32,000 bases of DNA from Synechococcus sp. A15-28 (GTDB lineage Bacteria; Cyanobacteriota; Cyanobacteriia; PCC-6307; Cyanobiaceae), in assembly GCF_014280175.1 (NCBI RefSeq), contig NZ_CP047931.1, forward strand, positions 2,250,001 to 2,282,000, in the 5' to 3' direction. Every line of letters begins with the position of its first letter. Within the stretch, counting starts at the first letter, position 1. The notes beneath the pieces are model-generated. The model was not told the origin of the DNA, did not search any database, and was given only the letters and a program-made list of their open reading frames with translations. This document shows positions 9,409 to 18,456 of this stretch, in pieces. The position numbers and the translations under genes are program-made.

Positions 9409-11118
9409 ATGCCCTACCGCATCTCCCGCCAGGCCTACGCCGAGACCTACGGACCCACCACCGGCGACCGGGTTCGCCTGGCCGACACCGAGCTGATCCT
9501 CGAAGTCGAGAAGGATTTCACCGTGTACGGCGACGAGGTGAAGTTCGGCGGCGGCAAGGTGATTCGCGATGGCATGGGCCAGTCCCAGACCCCTCGAGCC
9601 GAGGGCGCCGTCGACACGGTGATCACCAATGCTCTGATCCTGGATTGGTGGGGCATCGTCAAAGCCGATGTCGGACTGAAAGACGGCCGGATCGTGGGCA
9701 TCGGCAAAGCCGGCAACCCCGACACCCAGGAAGGGGTGACCATCGTGGTGGGCCCCGGCACCGAGGCGATCGCTGGGGAAGGTCACATCCTCACGGCCGG
9801 TGGCATCGACACCCACATCCACTTCATCTGCCCCCAGCAGATCGAAACAGCTCTGGCCAGTGGCGTCACCACCCTGATGGGAGGCGGCACTGGACCAGCC
9901 ACCGGCACCAACGCCACCACCTGCACCCCCGGCGCCTTCCACATCGGGCGAATGCTCCAGGCAGCGGAAGGCCTGCCGGTGAATCTGGGCTTCTTCGGCA
10001 AGGGCAACGCCAGCACCCCTGAAGCCCTGGAAGAACAGGTGCGCGCCGGCGCCTGCGGCTTGAAGCTGCATGAAGACTGGGGCACCACACCGGCAACGAT
10101 CGATGCCTGCCTGTCGGTGGCCGACCGGATGGATGTGCAGGTGTGCATCCACACCGACACCTTGAATGAAGCCGGCTTCGTGGAAGACACGATCGCCGCC
10201 ATCAAGGGACGCACCATTCACACCTTCCACACCGAAGGTGCCGGCGGCGGCCATGCACCGGACATCATCAAGATCTGCGGCAAAGCGAATGTGCTGCCAA
10301 GCAGCACCAACCCCACCCGGCCCTACACCCGCAACACGCTTGAGGAGCACCTCGACATGCTGATGGTGTGCCACCACCTCGATCCGAAGATCCCGGAAGA
10401 CGTGGCTTTTGCCGAATCGCGGATTCGCCGCGAAACGATCGCCGCCGAAGACATCCTTCACGACCTGGGCGCCTTCTCGATCATCGCCAGCGACTCCCAG
10501 GCCATGGGGCGCGTGGGCGAAGTGATCACCCGCACCTTCCAGACCGCCCACAAGATGAAGGTGCAGCGCGGTGCACTGCCGGAAGACTCCAACCGCAATG
10601 ACAACTATCGGCTGAAGCGCTACATCGCCAAGGTGACAATCAACCCCGCTCTTGCCCATGGCATCAGCAGCGAGGTGGGCTCGATCGAAACCGGCAAGCT
10701 CGCCGATCTCGTGCTGTGGAAGCCGGGCTTCTTCGGCATTCGCCCGGAACTGGTGGTGAAGGGCGGTTCGATCGTCTGGGCCCAGATGGGCGACGCCAAC
10801 GCCTCGATTCCCACCCCCGGCCCGGTGCACGGCCGGCCGATGTTCGGCGCCTTCGGCAAAGCCCTTGCCCCCAGTTGTCTTACCTTCGTGAGCGCAGCGG
10901 CGATGGATGCCGACATCCAACGTCAGCTGGGACTGGAGCGCACCTGCATGGCGGTGAAGGAGACCCGCAGCGTCGGCAAGAGCGCCCTCAAGCTGAATGC
11001 AGCGCTGCCCAAGGTGAGCGTGGATCCGCAGACCTATGAGGTGTTCGCCGACGGTGAGCTGCTCACCTGTGAGCCCGCCGAGGTGCTGCCCCTCGCCCAG
11101 CGCTACCTGCTGCTTTGA
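9409..11118 (+). CDS. ureC: Urease alpha subunit
   Basis: [80 protein letters not shown] and the rest of a full-length UreC. Confidence 0.99.
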   Translation: MPYRISRQAYAETYGPTTGDRVRLADTELILEVEKDFTVYGDEVKFGGGKVIRDGMGQSQTPRAEGAVDTVITNALILDWWGIVKADVGLKDGRIVGIGKAGNPDTQEGVTIVVGPGTEAIAGEGHILTAGGIDTHIHFICPQQIETALASGVTTLMGGGTGPATGTNATTCTPGAFHIGRMLQAAEGLPVNLGFFGKGNASTPEALEEQVRAGACGLKLHEDWGTTPATIDACLSVADRMDVQVCIHTDTLNEAGFVEDTIAAIKGRTIHTFHTEGAGGGHAPDIIKICGKANVLPSSTNPTRPYTRNTLEEHLDMLMVCHHLDPKIPEDVAFAESRIRRETIAAEDILHDLGAFSIIASDSQAMGRVGEVITRTFQTAHKMKVQRGALPEDSNRNDNYRLKRYIAKVTINPALAHGISSEVGSIETGKLADLVLWKPGFFGIRPELVVKGGSIVWAQMGDANASIPTPGPVHGRPMFGAFGKALAPSCLTFVSAAAMDADIQRQLGLERTCMAVKETRSVGKSALKLNAALPKVSVDPQTYEVFADGELLTCEPAEVLPLAQRYLLL

Positions 11119-11223
11119 TCCAAAGCACACCCCAAGGTGTTCTGCATCACCAATTCAGAAGAAAGTTCAAATTGGTATCCGCACGAACGACCGCCAAGAA
11201 TTCAAACCTTGCATAATTCTTTT

Positions 11224-11237
11224 GTAGCAACTGCTAC
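11224..11237 (+). promoter_or_regulatory. Perfect GTA-N8-TAC (NtcA-type) palindrome upstream of the DUF4278-like ORF
   Basis: GTAGCAACTGCTAC: GTA-GCAACTGC-TAC, also a complete dyad (GTAGCA/TGCTAC), located between ureC and the 11322 ORF. Confidence 0.5.
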
Positions 11238-11246
11238 AGACGTTCA

Positions 11247-11266
11247 CCTTGCTTATTGAAGCAAGG
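11247..11266. other. 8-bp perfect hairpin CCTTGCTT-ATTG-AAGCAAGG in the 5' region of the DUF4278-like ORF
   Basis: Direct inverted repeat in the sequence. It has no T-tract, so it is not a clear terminator. Confidence 0.5.
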
Positions 11267-11321
11267 CGCAGTTCGACTCAGGCCATGGAACGGGGACCTG
11301 AGCTTGCTTCGAGGAACCACC

Positions 11322-11489
11322 ATGACGACTCTTCTCTACAGAGGTCAGGCCTACCAGCAGGTCAAGGAGCCTGCACAACAGCAGGGCGTGCAACTCACCT
11401 ACCGCCGCAACGTTTATCAGTCCCGCCAGGCTGATGTGCGTCAGGCCCGTGTTCAACTCACTTACCGCGGCGTCAGCTACCTGCGCTGA
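11322..11489 (+). CDS. DUF4278-type small cyanobacterial protein (55 aa)
   Basis: MTTLLYRGQAYQQ...VQLTYRRNVYQSRQADVRQARVQLTYRGVSYLR, with repeated (Q)L(T)YRG..Y units. ATG at 11322, preceded by GAGGAAC. Confidence 0.75.
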   Translation: MTTLLYRGQAYQQVKEPAQQQGVQLTYRRNVYQSRQADVRQARVQLTYRGVSYLR

Positions 11490-11500
11490 TACCTGTTGGT

Positions 11501-12175
11501 TCAGGCCACAAGTCGGTTAAGCACGGGCAATTCCAGCAGTTCATCACGCCACTGCTGAGCCCACAGATCCTGACTGCGTTCGTAGAGCTCCATCAGCTCT
11601 TCGACCGCACCTGGGCGGAAATCAACCCGCAGATCCAGCAACGGAAATGCCGCTTCGCCGCTCACCTGCAGAGCGGCGGATGTGCAGCTTGATGCGCGTT
11701 GGTCGCCACCAGCCTGCTCTCCTGCCTGCAGGGCCGTCATCAAACGACGGCCCAGTTTCCAGTTGGGATCACTGGTGAGAAACGTCTGTTCCATCGCCTC
11801 CAGCACCACTTCGCCAGCCAGGCAATTTCCCGCAACCGAAAGGTTGGGATGGTGCCGATGACCCGCCCATCCGCCGCACTCAACTCCAGTCCAGCAAGCA
11901 GTCCGGCCATCAAGATCGATCAGATGGAACTGGCGCCAATCCCGTTGGGGGTCATCCAGCAGAAGGCTGTTCAGCACATCCTGCGCATCCGCATGATGTT
12001 CAAGACGCTCCAGGCCGCAAATTCCCAGATAAGGATTGGTGTGGGCTTGGGTTGCAACGGCACCTACTCCAGATCGGATGTGGGGAACAGTGGAGCCCAC
12101 AGCCAGGTGACAGGTCGCCACGGCAACGCCGAAACGACCGTTGTTGGGATCACGCGCCAGGATTGAGAAGGTCAA
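11501..12175 (-). CDS. DUF1028 family protein (Ntn-hydrolase-like)
   Basis: MTFSILARDPNNGRFGVAVATCHLAVGSTVPHIRSGVGAVATQAHTNPYLGICGLERL...NLSVAGNCLAGEVVLEAM. Start overlaps the upstream M20 gene stop. Confidence 0.85.
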   Translation of the reverse strand: MTFSILARDPNNGRFGVAVATCHLAVGSTVPHIRSGVGAVATQAHTNPYLGICGLERLEHHADAQDVLNSLLLDDPQRDWRQFHLIDLDGRTACWTGVECGGWAGHRHHPNLSVAGNCLAGEVVLEAMEQTFLTSDPNWKLGRRLMTALQAGEQAGGDQRASSCTSAALQVSGEAAFPLLDLRVDFRPGAVEELMELYERSQDLWAQQWRDELLELPVLNRLVA

Positions 12176-13452
12176 GACAGCTCGCGATCCAAACGCTGCA
12201 GAGTCCCCAGCAAGACGGCAGCCCCAGCCCAGCAGTGCTCGTCACTGGTGAATTCCTTGGATGAGTGGCTAAGCCCACCACGGCTGGGGACGAAAATCAT
12301 TCCCATCGGCCAGCGACGTCCGATCTCCTGCGCATCGTGACTGGCACGGCTGGGAAGGTGGCTATGCGACAACCCCAGATCCTCTGCAGCAGAAACGATC
12401 GCTGCCATCACTCCATCCGCTGCAGCTGTGGGTTCCACCTCAAATTGAGGTTCCAACTGGATCGGGCATCCGGTTTCGGCACCGATCCGCTCCACCTGCT
12501 GCATCAACTCAGCCACCAACTGATCGAGCACAACTGAATTCACATCCCGGAGGTCAACGGTCAGCGCCACTGAGCCAGGCACCACATTGGCGGCGTTGGG
12601 CCAGACCTCGAGTCGTCCGACTGTGGCAACGGGATCACCTGGGTGCTGTCTGGCCATCGTCTCCACCGCCAGCACGATCCGGGACGCCGCCACCAAAGCG
12701 TCTTGCCGCAGCTTCATCGGCGTGGTGCCGGCGTGGTTCGGCTGACCATCCACCTGGATGCTGAAACGGCGTTGTCCCACAACGCCCTCCACCACACCGA
12801 TGGCGTCACCGCGTTGCTCGAGCACGCCTCCCTGTTCCACATGGAGCTCGAGAAAAGCAGCACAGGCGTCGTCCGCCCGACGTGCTGAGACCAGCGATGG
12901 CCAGTGACCACCGATACGAGCGAGATTGTCCTCGATCGGTTCCCGATTGCTGGTGGCATAGGCCTTGGGGTCACAGGAAGCCGTACCGGCCATGCCCTTG
13001 CACCCGACCATCGTCGATTCCTCATCGGCGAAGGCGATCAACTCGAGATCGTGCTGAAGACGAATGCTGTTGTCCTGCAGGGAGCGACAAACTTCAAGAC
13101 CTGCCAAAACCCCCAACACACCGTCAAAACGACCACCGGTGGGAACGGTGTCGAGGTGGGAACCGGTCATCAGTGCTGGGCGATCCGGATCCAACCCCTG
13201 AAGCCGACCGATCAGGTTGCCCGCCGTATCGATCCGAACCTGAAGGCCAGCCTCGTTCATCCATCGGGCCAGCAAGGAACGTCCCGCAACGTCCTCAGTC
13301 GAGAAACCCCGTCGACAGACGCTGCCATCGGGCTGCAGCCCAATGGCAGCCATTTCAGCCAAGGAGTGCATCAGACGCTCACGGTTGGGTCGAATGCCCA
13401 CCTGTGCTTTCGACCGAGCAGTGACCTGGCGAGTGGTCAGGAGGGACGGCAA
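12172..13452 (-). CDS. M20-family amidohydrolase: N-carbamoyl-amino-acid hydrolase / allantoate amidohydrolase type (hydantoinase/carbamoylase family)
   Basis: RVDTAGN-like RIDTAGNLIGRLQG, GSHLDTVPTGGRFDGVLGVLAGLE, FADEESTMVGCKGMAG, FLELHVEQGGVLE, MIFVPSRGGLSHSSKEFTSDE. Confidence 0.88.
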   Translation of the reverse strand: MPSLLTTRQVTARSKAQVGIRPNRERLMHSLAEMAAIGLQPDGSVCRRGFSTEDVAGRSLLARWMNEAGLQVRIDTAGNLIGRLQGLDPDRPALMTGSHLDTVPTGGRFDGVLGVLAGLEVCRSLQDNSIRLQHDLELIAFADEESTMVGCKGMAGTASCDPKAYATSNREPIEDNLARIGGHWPSLVSARRADDACAAFLELHVEQGGVLEQRGDAIGVVEGVVGQRRFSIQVDGQPNHAGTTPMKLRQDALVAASRIVLAVETMARQHPGDPVATVGRLEVWPNAANVVPGSVALTVDLRDVNSVVLDQLVAELMQQVERIGAETGCPIQLEPQFEVEPTAAADGVMAAIVSAAEDLGLSHSHLPSRASHDAQEIGRRWPMGMIFVPSRGGLSHSSKEFTSDEHCWAGAAVLLGTLQRLDRELS

Positions 13453-13547
13453 TGCAGTGGCCTTCAGATCAAAAGATCAGATCACCATCGCCGCAGCGAC
13501 CCAAACGGCCTGTCGTCAATGCGACGTTTTAACCCTCACCAAAGAAT

Positions 13548-15572
13548 TCAAACGGGCATCAGCACCCGCCACCCGAGGCGATCGGCCTGCTCACGAGCCT
13601 GGGCTGGCACATCGGCCGCTACAAACATCCGATGCAGCATCTGGACACCCAGGAGGTGGTTGATGACGGCATCCATCTGAACCCGCTCGGCGTCGGTGGT
13701 GGCAGGGTCGTCGTGGCGCGCAAACAAGGCACGCACGCCCTCTTTGCTCAACAACCCAGCCGCATCAATCGCTTCATCACTCAGGTAGTCATCAGCCAAC
13801 TGCTTCATTTGCGCCCACTTCTCGGGCTCGGTGTGGGCCGGGGGCGCCAGGAAGGCAAATTTTTCGCGCTTGTAAAGCACCTCCGGCAGCAGACCCGCCA
13901 TGGCCTCCCGCAGCACATATTTCTCAGTTTTTCCCTTGATCCGCAGCTCCGGAGGCACTTGTACCGCCGCAGCCGCCAGATGGTGATCCAGGAAAGCCGG
14001 CCGTGCCTCCATGGAGTTGGCCATGTCGACGCGATCACCTCCCCAGGTGAGGATCTGGCCTTCCAACATTGTTTTGATCCAGACGTACTGAGCCTTGTCG
14101 AGGGCATGGCGACCATCGAGTTGCTGGGGATTCAACTGCTCAGCAATGGCTTTACCTGGCGAGTACTCCACCAACGCCTGACGGTGCTCGTCAGCCAGCA
14201 GATCCGGCACCAGCGGCGCGCAGGCCAGCCAGGGCTGCAGACAGCTGGGGGTGAAGCCCACCACGGCATCAAGATCGGGATCATCCACCTGATCAGCCGC
14301 CAGCATTGCTCCCTGCACCAGGGAATTGTTGGTCTGCAGCAGAGACTCCCAATCATGGCGATCGCTCTGCGACAGGTCCTCCAGACCATGGAGGAACATG
14401 TCACGCCGGAACGCGGGATAGCCACCGAACAGCTCGTCTGACCCTTCCCCAGTCATCACGACTTTGTAGTCGACACTATTGACATGGCGACTCATTAAGT
14501 ATTTGGCCACAGCCAAGGTGTTGTAGATCGTGCGCTCGGTATGCCAGAGCGTTTGTTCCATGTGGCCGTACAACTCACGACCCGACAGACGCATGACGTC
14601 CTGCTCGGCACCGGTGGCCTCCGCCATCTCCGCAGCAATGGGTGTTTCGTCGTAGCGCGCATCATCGAATCCGATCGTGAACGCCTTGACGGGACCCTGA
14701 CTCACCGCCGAAGCAAGACCGAGGATCGAACAACTGTCGATTCCGCCTGAGAGATAACAACCCACGGGCACGTCGGCCACCATCCGCATCTCCACCGCTT
14801 CCAGCAGAGCAGCACGAACATTGGCGATGTGATCAGCCTCCGTGAGGGTGCTGTCCCGCTGATCCAAACGTGGAAAATCGACATCCCAGTAGGTCGACTC
14901 CGACACCTCCAGCCGGTCACTCCTGCGCTGCACCTTCAGCACATGACCAGGCTGAACTTGGTGCACCCCGGCGAAGGCGGTCGTTCCCGGGACCATGGTC
15001 TGCATCAACTGATGAAAGAGACCCTCCGACGTGAAGCGTCGCTCCACGGCCTGGTGAGCAAACAGCACCTTCAACTCGGAGCCGAACACCAACCCCTCCG
15101 GCGTCATCGTCCAGTACTGGGGCTTGATGCCGAAGCGATCCCTCACCAGATAGAGACAGTCATCCGCCGCATCAAACAGAGCAAAGGCGAATTCCCCCCG
15201 CAGCAGAGGCAACGTGGACTCGAGACCCTGCCGTTGATACAGGCGCAACAAAATCTCGGAATCACTCTTCGAGGAGAAACGCACTCCCTGGGCGGTGAGA
15301 TCAGCACGGATGCGCTGAAAGTCGTAGAACTCGCCGTTGTGCGCCATCAGCACCTGCCGGTCGTTGCTGAGAAACGGCTGACGTGCCCGGGATTCGTTCA
15401 GATCAATAATCGACAACCGGGCATGACAGAAGCCGACACCGGCTGCGTCGAGGCATTCCACACCGAAACCATCCGGTCCGCGATGGGACTGGATGGCCGC
15501 CATGTTGACCAACAGCTGGCGATCCAACGTCTGATGACGATCCGCCAGAAACACACCTCCGATTCCGCACAT
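13548..15572 (-). CDS. Class II glutamine amidotransferase / asparagine synthetase-like protein
   Basis: MCGIGGVFLADR...HRGPDGFGVECL, AHNGEFYD, RDRFGIKPQYW, CYLSGGIDSCSILG, VMTGEGSDELFGGYPAFRRD. Confidence 0.92.
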   Translation of the reverse strand: MCGIGGVFLADRHQTLDRQLLVNMAAIQSHRGPDGFGVECLDAAGVGFCHARLSIIDLNESRARQPFLSNDRQVLMAHNGEFYDFQRIRADLTAQGVRFSSKSDSEILLRLYQRQGLESTLPLLRGEFAFALFDAADDCLYLVRDRFGIKPQYWTMTPEGLVFGSELKVLFAHQAVERRFTSEGLFHQLMQTMVPGTTAFAGVHQVQPGHVLKVQRRSDRLEVSESTYWDVDFPRLDQRDSTLTEADHIANVRAALLEAVEMRMVADVPVGCYLSGGIDSCSILGLASAVSQGPVKAFTIGFDDARYDETPIAAEMAEATGAEQDVMRLSGRELYGHMEQTLWHTERTIYNTLAVAKYLMSRHVNSVDYKVVMTGEGSDELFGGYPAFRRDMFLHGLEDLSQSDRHDWESLLQTNNSLVQGAMLAADQVDDPDLDAVVGFTPSCLQPWLACAPLVPDLLADEHRQALVEYSPGKAIAEQLNPQQLDGRHALDKAQYVWIKTMLEGQILTWGGDRVDMANSMEARPAFLDHHLAAAAVQVPPELRIKGKTEKYVLREAMAGLLPEVLYKREKFAFLAPPAHTEPEKWAQMKQLADDYLSDEAIDAAGLLSKEGVRALFARHDDPATTDAERVQMDAVINHLLGVQMLHRMFVAADVPAQAREQADRLGWRVLMPV

Positions 15573-15581
15573 CAGTTCGCC

Positions 15582-16769
15582 TCAGATCACATCCATCACG
15601 CGCTCGGCACGATTCACCATGCAGGTGAGCAGTGCCATGCGCACAAACACCGCCCCACGCGCCTGGCTGAAATACCAGTTGTGCGGCGTGTCATCGAGAC
15701 AGGTGCTCAGCTCAGGACCCCGGGCCAGGGGATGCAACACGATCGCCTCCGGCTTGAACGGCAGATCCCGGGTGAGACGAAATCCACCGCCGTGCACCTC
15801 GTAGCTGTCGCCAACCCAGGCAATCGCATTGATGTAGACGACATCCAGATCGGGAATCTCAGCAGCCAGATCTGAACTGCAGCGGATGGACATCCCGCTT
15901 GCTTCCAGTTCCTCCAGCTGGCCTGGATCAAACAAAGGCGCTTCCGACTCCATCTCGGGCGCATGGATCACCACCACCTCCTCCAGGATCTGGGGGAATT
16001 TGCTGAGGATCCGCAGCAGCGAACGCACGGTGCGCATCCGCGACGGCAAACCGATCACCCCGATGCGGATCCGATCCTTCGGGGAGTCCTCTTTCGAAGC
16101 AAGGCTTGGACGCCATTTGAACATCGTGTAGAGATCCGCCATCGCCTGTGTCGGATGCTCATCAATGCCATTACCGGCATTGATGATCGGAATCCGCAGG
16201 GTGGAACTCATGGCGTACACGGCCTCCGGATTGCTGTCGCGCAGCACCACGCAGTCGCCGTAGTTGTTGAACATGTGCGCCACGTCTTCGAGCGACTCCC
16301 CCTTGGCGATGCCGGTGGTGCTGCGATCGGTGATGTTGATCGAATCACCGCCGAGGCGATGCCAGGCGCTGTCGAAGGAAAGGCGTGTGCGCGTGCTGGG
16401 CTCGTAGAACGCGTTGATCAGGATCTTGCCGGTGAGCGGCGTGTTGTGCCGGCAGTAACGGTCTGGGTTGCTCTCGAATTTCGCCGCCAGTCGAAACAAC
16501 TGGAGCAGGGTTTCAGCACGAAATGCCTGAATCGACACCACGTGTTGATCGACAAGATCCACCAACGGCTCACCGTCTTCAGCGATTGCGGCCAAAAGCT
16601 CCTGCGGCTGATTGTGGCCGAACACATCAGGACCCATCGGCTGGAAGCGGAGCGGCGCCGAAGCCTCCTCGATCACGGCTGTGTGGGGTTGTGCCATAAG
16701 CATTTGCATCAACACCCGATTTGCCAGATCGCGTGATGTGCCATGAATCACATCATCCTTCGCTAACAA
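15582..16769 (-). CDS. Aspartate/ornithine carbamoyltransferase-family protein with an N-terminal extension of roughly 80 aa (start uncertain)
   Basis: FYEPSTRTRLSFDSAWHRLGGDSINI (STRTR carbamoyl-phosphate motif), HPTQAMADLYTM, HPLARGPELS. The listed start is TTG; internal ATGs downstream are possible. Confidence 0.85.
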   Translation of the reverse strand: MLAKDDVIHGTSRDLANRVLMQMLMAQPHTAVIEEASAPLRFQPMGPDVFGHNQPQELLAAIAEDGEPLVDLVDQHVVSIQAFRAETLLQLFRLAAKFESNPDRYCRHNTPLTGKILINAFYEPSTRTRLSFDSAWHRLGGDSINITDRSTTGIAKGESLEDVAHMFNNYGDCVVLRDSNPEAVYAMSSTLRIPIINAGNGIDEHPTQAMADLYTMFKWRPSLASKEDSPKDRIRIGVIGLPSRMRTVRSLLRILSKFPQILEEVVVIHAPEMESEAPLFDPGQLEELEASGMSIRCSSDLAAEIPDLDVVYINAIAWVGDSYEVHGGGFRLTRDLPFKPEAIVLHPLARGPELSTCLDDTPHNWYFSQARGAVFVRMALLTCMVNRAERVMDVI

Positions 16770-16804
16770 CGAACCAGCACCCCTGACCAGCTTAAAAGAA
16801 GTTC

Positions 16805-16841
16805 TTTATACAAATAACTGGCAAATAGTTCGAATGAATAC
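16805..16841 (-). promoter_or_regulatory. Possible promoter with a near-consensus NtcA box upstream of the carbamoyltransferase-like gene
   Basis: Minus strand GTA-TTCATTCG-AAC (fwd 16828-16841) followed after 17 nt by TATAAA (fwd 16805-16810). The spacing differs from the usual 22-24 nt. Confidence 0.3.
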
Positions 16842-16873
16842 CAAATCCGCCGCAAATTGTTCACTTTGAACAT

Positions 16874-17029
16874 TCACCAGACGCGTCCATTGCGCCACTC
16901 AAACCACCAAATCACCAGCAATGCGAGCACAGAACAGACGAGCGCCACCTGGCTTCCCACCAGGACCAGACCGAACCAGTGTTGATCCACCAGAACCGTG
17001 AGCAGCAACGCATTGGCCATGGCGTTCAC
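16874..17029 (-). CDS. Small single-TM membrane protein (51 aa from GTG; 48 aa from ATG at 17020), translationally coupled to the SSS symporter
   Basis: Not in the supplied ORF list. Translation MNAMANALLLTVLVDQHWFGLVLVGSQVALVCSVLALLVIWWFEWRNGRVW*. The GTG overlaps the symporter stop codon (GTGA, 17026-17029). One clear hydrophobic helix. Confidence 0.6.
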   Translation of the reverse strand: MNAMANALLLTVLVDQHWFGLVLVGSQVALVCSVLALLVIWWFEWRNGRVW

Positions 17030-18456
17030 ACCCCCTCTTGCAGACGATTGAAATCAAACCCTTCCGGCTGCCAGCGGCTGCCCACCACCATCACGACAGC
17101 CGAAACGGCTGCGGAGAACACTGCCGCGCAATAGGGAGCAATCAGAACGTAAGCCGATAGTCCGACGGCACTGCCGGCTGCCATGGCGACGATCGCTGCC
17201 CAACGATTGGCAGAAGACCAGTAGAGACCGCAAGCCACAGGCCAGACCGTGGAGGCCACCAACGCACCGGTGAAGAACAGCACCGACGCCAACGAATCCA
17301 GTCGCGGCCAGGACAGGGCCAGGGTGAGAACAGACAGGCCAACCACCATCTGCCGGGCCGCCTGCTTGAGCTGTGCATCGCTCGCCTGAGGGCGCAGCAG
17401 ACGGAAATAGACGTCTTCCGCCAGCAGATCCGCCGTGGACGCCAACAGCGAATCCAGGGTGGAGGTGAGTGACGCGAAGACCACCACAAACACCAGTGCC
17501 GCCCCACCAGCCCCCAGAAGATCGGCCGCCATTACAGGGAACACCATGTTCACCTGCTCCAGCGGCAGGTCCCTGGCCAGCGCCACCAGACCGATCGATC
17601 CCGTCACCAGGGGGATACTCATCCAGGCCAATCCCCCCAAGACAAACGAGGTCATCACCACACTGCGCCGGCTGGCGAACACCCGCGACCACCAGATGTT
17701 GTTGTGAAAGACTTCACCCATCGAGAACAGGGCGGAATTCCAGGCGATCAGCAGACCAGCCGGAAGCAAGAGATCCAGCCGGTCAGGGTGCGTACTGATC
17801 AAGCGAGCATGCACCACCGGCATCGGGAACTGACGGAACGCCAGCACCGCCACCACCGCCAGCAACACCATGATCAGCAGCGACTGGATGAAATCGGTTC
17901 CGATCACTGCCCGCATGCCGCCGAACAGGGTGTAAACGGTGGCGACGCCGATCACCACCACCATGCCTACGTGGTAATCGAAGCCGGAGAGCGCCTGAAG
18001 CAACAGACCGGCCCCCATGGCCTGGGTCATCAGAAAACCGAGGGTGTACACAGCGGTGATCACCATGAACACCCACCACGCCAGGCGCCCGTAACGCAAC
18101 CGGATGAAATCGCCACTGGTGCGGCCATGCGGCATCAGCTGCTTGATCCGCACGGCCAGCGGCGCGAACAGGATCAAGCCCAGACCGGCCAGGGCATAAC
18201 TGAACATGCCCCAAAGACCAGTCCTGTAGCCGAATTCCGGAGCCAGCAGTGTGGTGTTTCCGGTCACCCAGGAGGCCATCAGCGTGGCCGTGCTCAACGC
18301 CAACCCGATGTTGCGTCCGGCCAGCATGTAGTCGTCGGCATCTCCTTTACCGCGGCGGCCCCAGACGATCCCCAAGGCGATCCACAGCACGGAAAACAAC
18401 ACAACCAGGGCCCAGGCGATGCCAGGCGCCAGAAAAGGTGCGGCGTCAGCAGGCAT
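17026..18456 (-). CDS. Sodium:solute symporter (SSS) family transporter
   Basis: LAGRNIGLALSTATLMASWVTGNTTLLAPEFGYRTGLWGMFSYALAG, GGMRAVIGTDFIQSLL, FASLTSTLDSLLASTADLLAEDVY; about 12 or more hydrophobic segments. ATG taken at 18456 (MPADAAPF); the track uses 18474. Confidence 0.88.
   Translation of the reverse strand: MPADAAPFLAPGIAWALVVLFSVLWIALGIVWGRRGKGDADDYMLAGRNIGLALSTATLMASWVTGNTTLLAPEFGYRTGLWGMFSYALAGLGLILFAPLAVRIKQLMPHGRTSGDFIRLRYGRLAWWVFMVITAVYTLGFLMTQAMGAGLLLQALSGFDYHVGMVVVIGVATVYTLFGGMRAVIGTDFIQSLLIMVLLAVVAVLAFRQFPMPVVHARLISTHPDRLDLLLPAGLLIAWNSALFSMGEVFHNNIWWSRVFASRRSVVMTSFVLGGLAWMSIPLVTGSIGLVALARDLPLEQVNMVFPVMAADLLGAGGAALVFVVVFASLTSTLDSLLASTADLLAEDVYFRLLRPQASDAQLKQAARQMVVGLSVLTLALSWPRLDSLASVLFFTGALVASTVWPVACGLYWSSANRWAAIVAMAAGSAVGLSAYVLIAPYCAAVFSAAVSAVVMVVGSRWQPEGFDFNRLQEGV

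Noticed and set aside
9049-11130. 693-aa ORF antisense to ureC
   Set aside because: It lies exactly opposite an unmistakable ureC. Long stop-free antisense frames are expected in high-GC coding DNA, and its composition (His/Ala/Gly rich) is artefactual.
11249-11434. 61-aa ORF MLIEARRSSTQAMERG...
   Set aside because: Out-of-frame overlap of the much better supported DUF4278-like ORF.
12904-13680. 258-aa plus-strand ORF over the M20 and AsnB genes
   Set aside because: Spans two confident minus-strand genes; no domain features.
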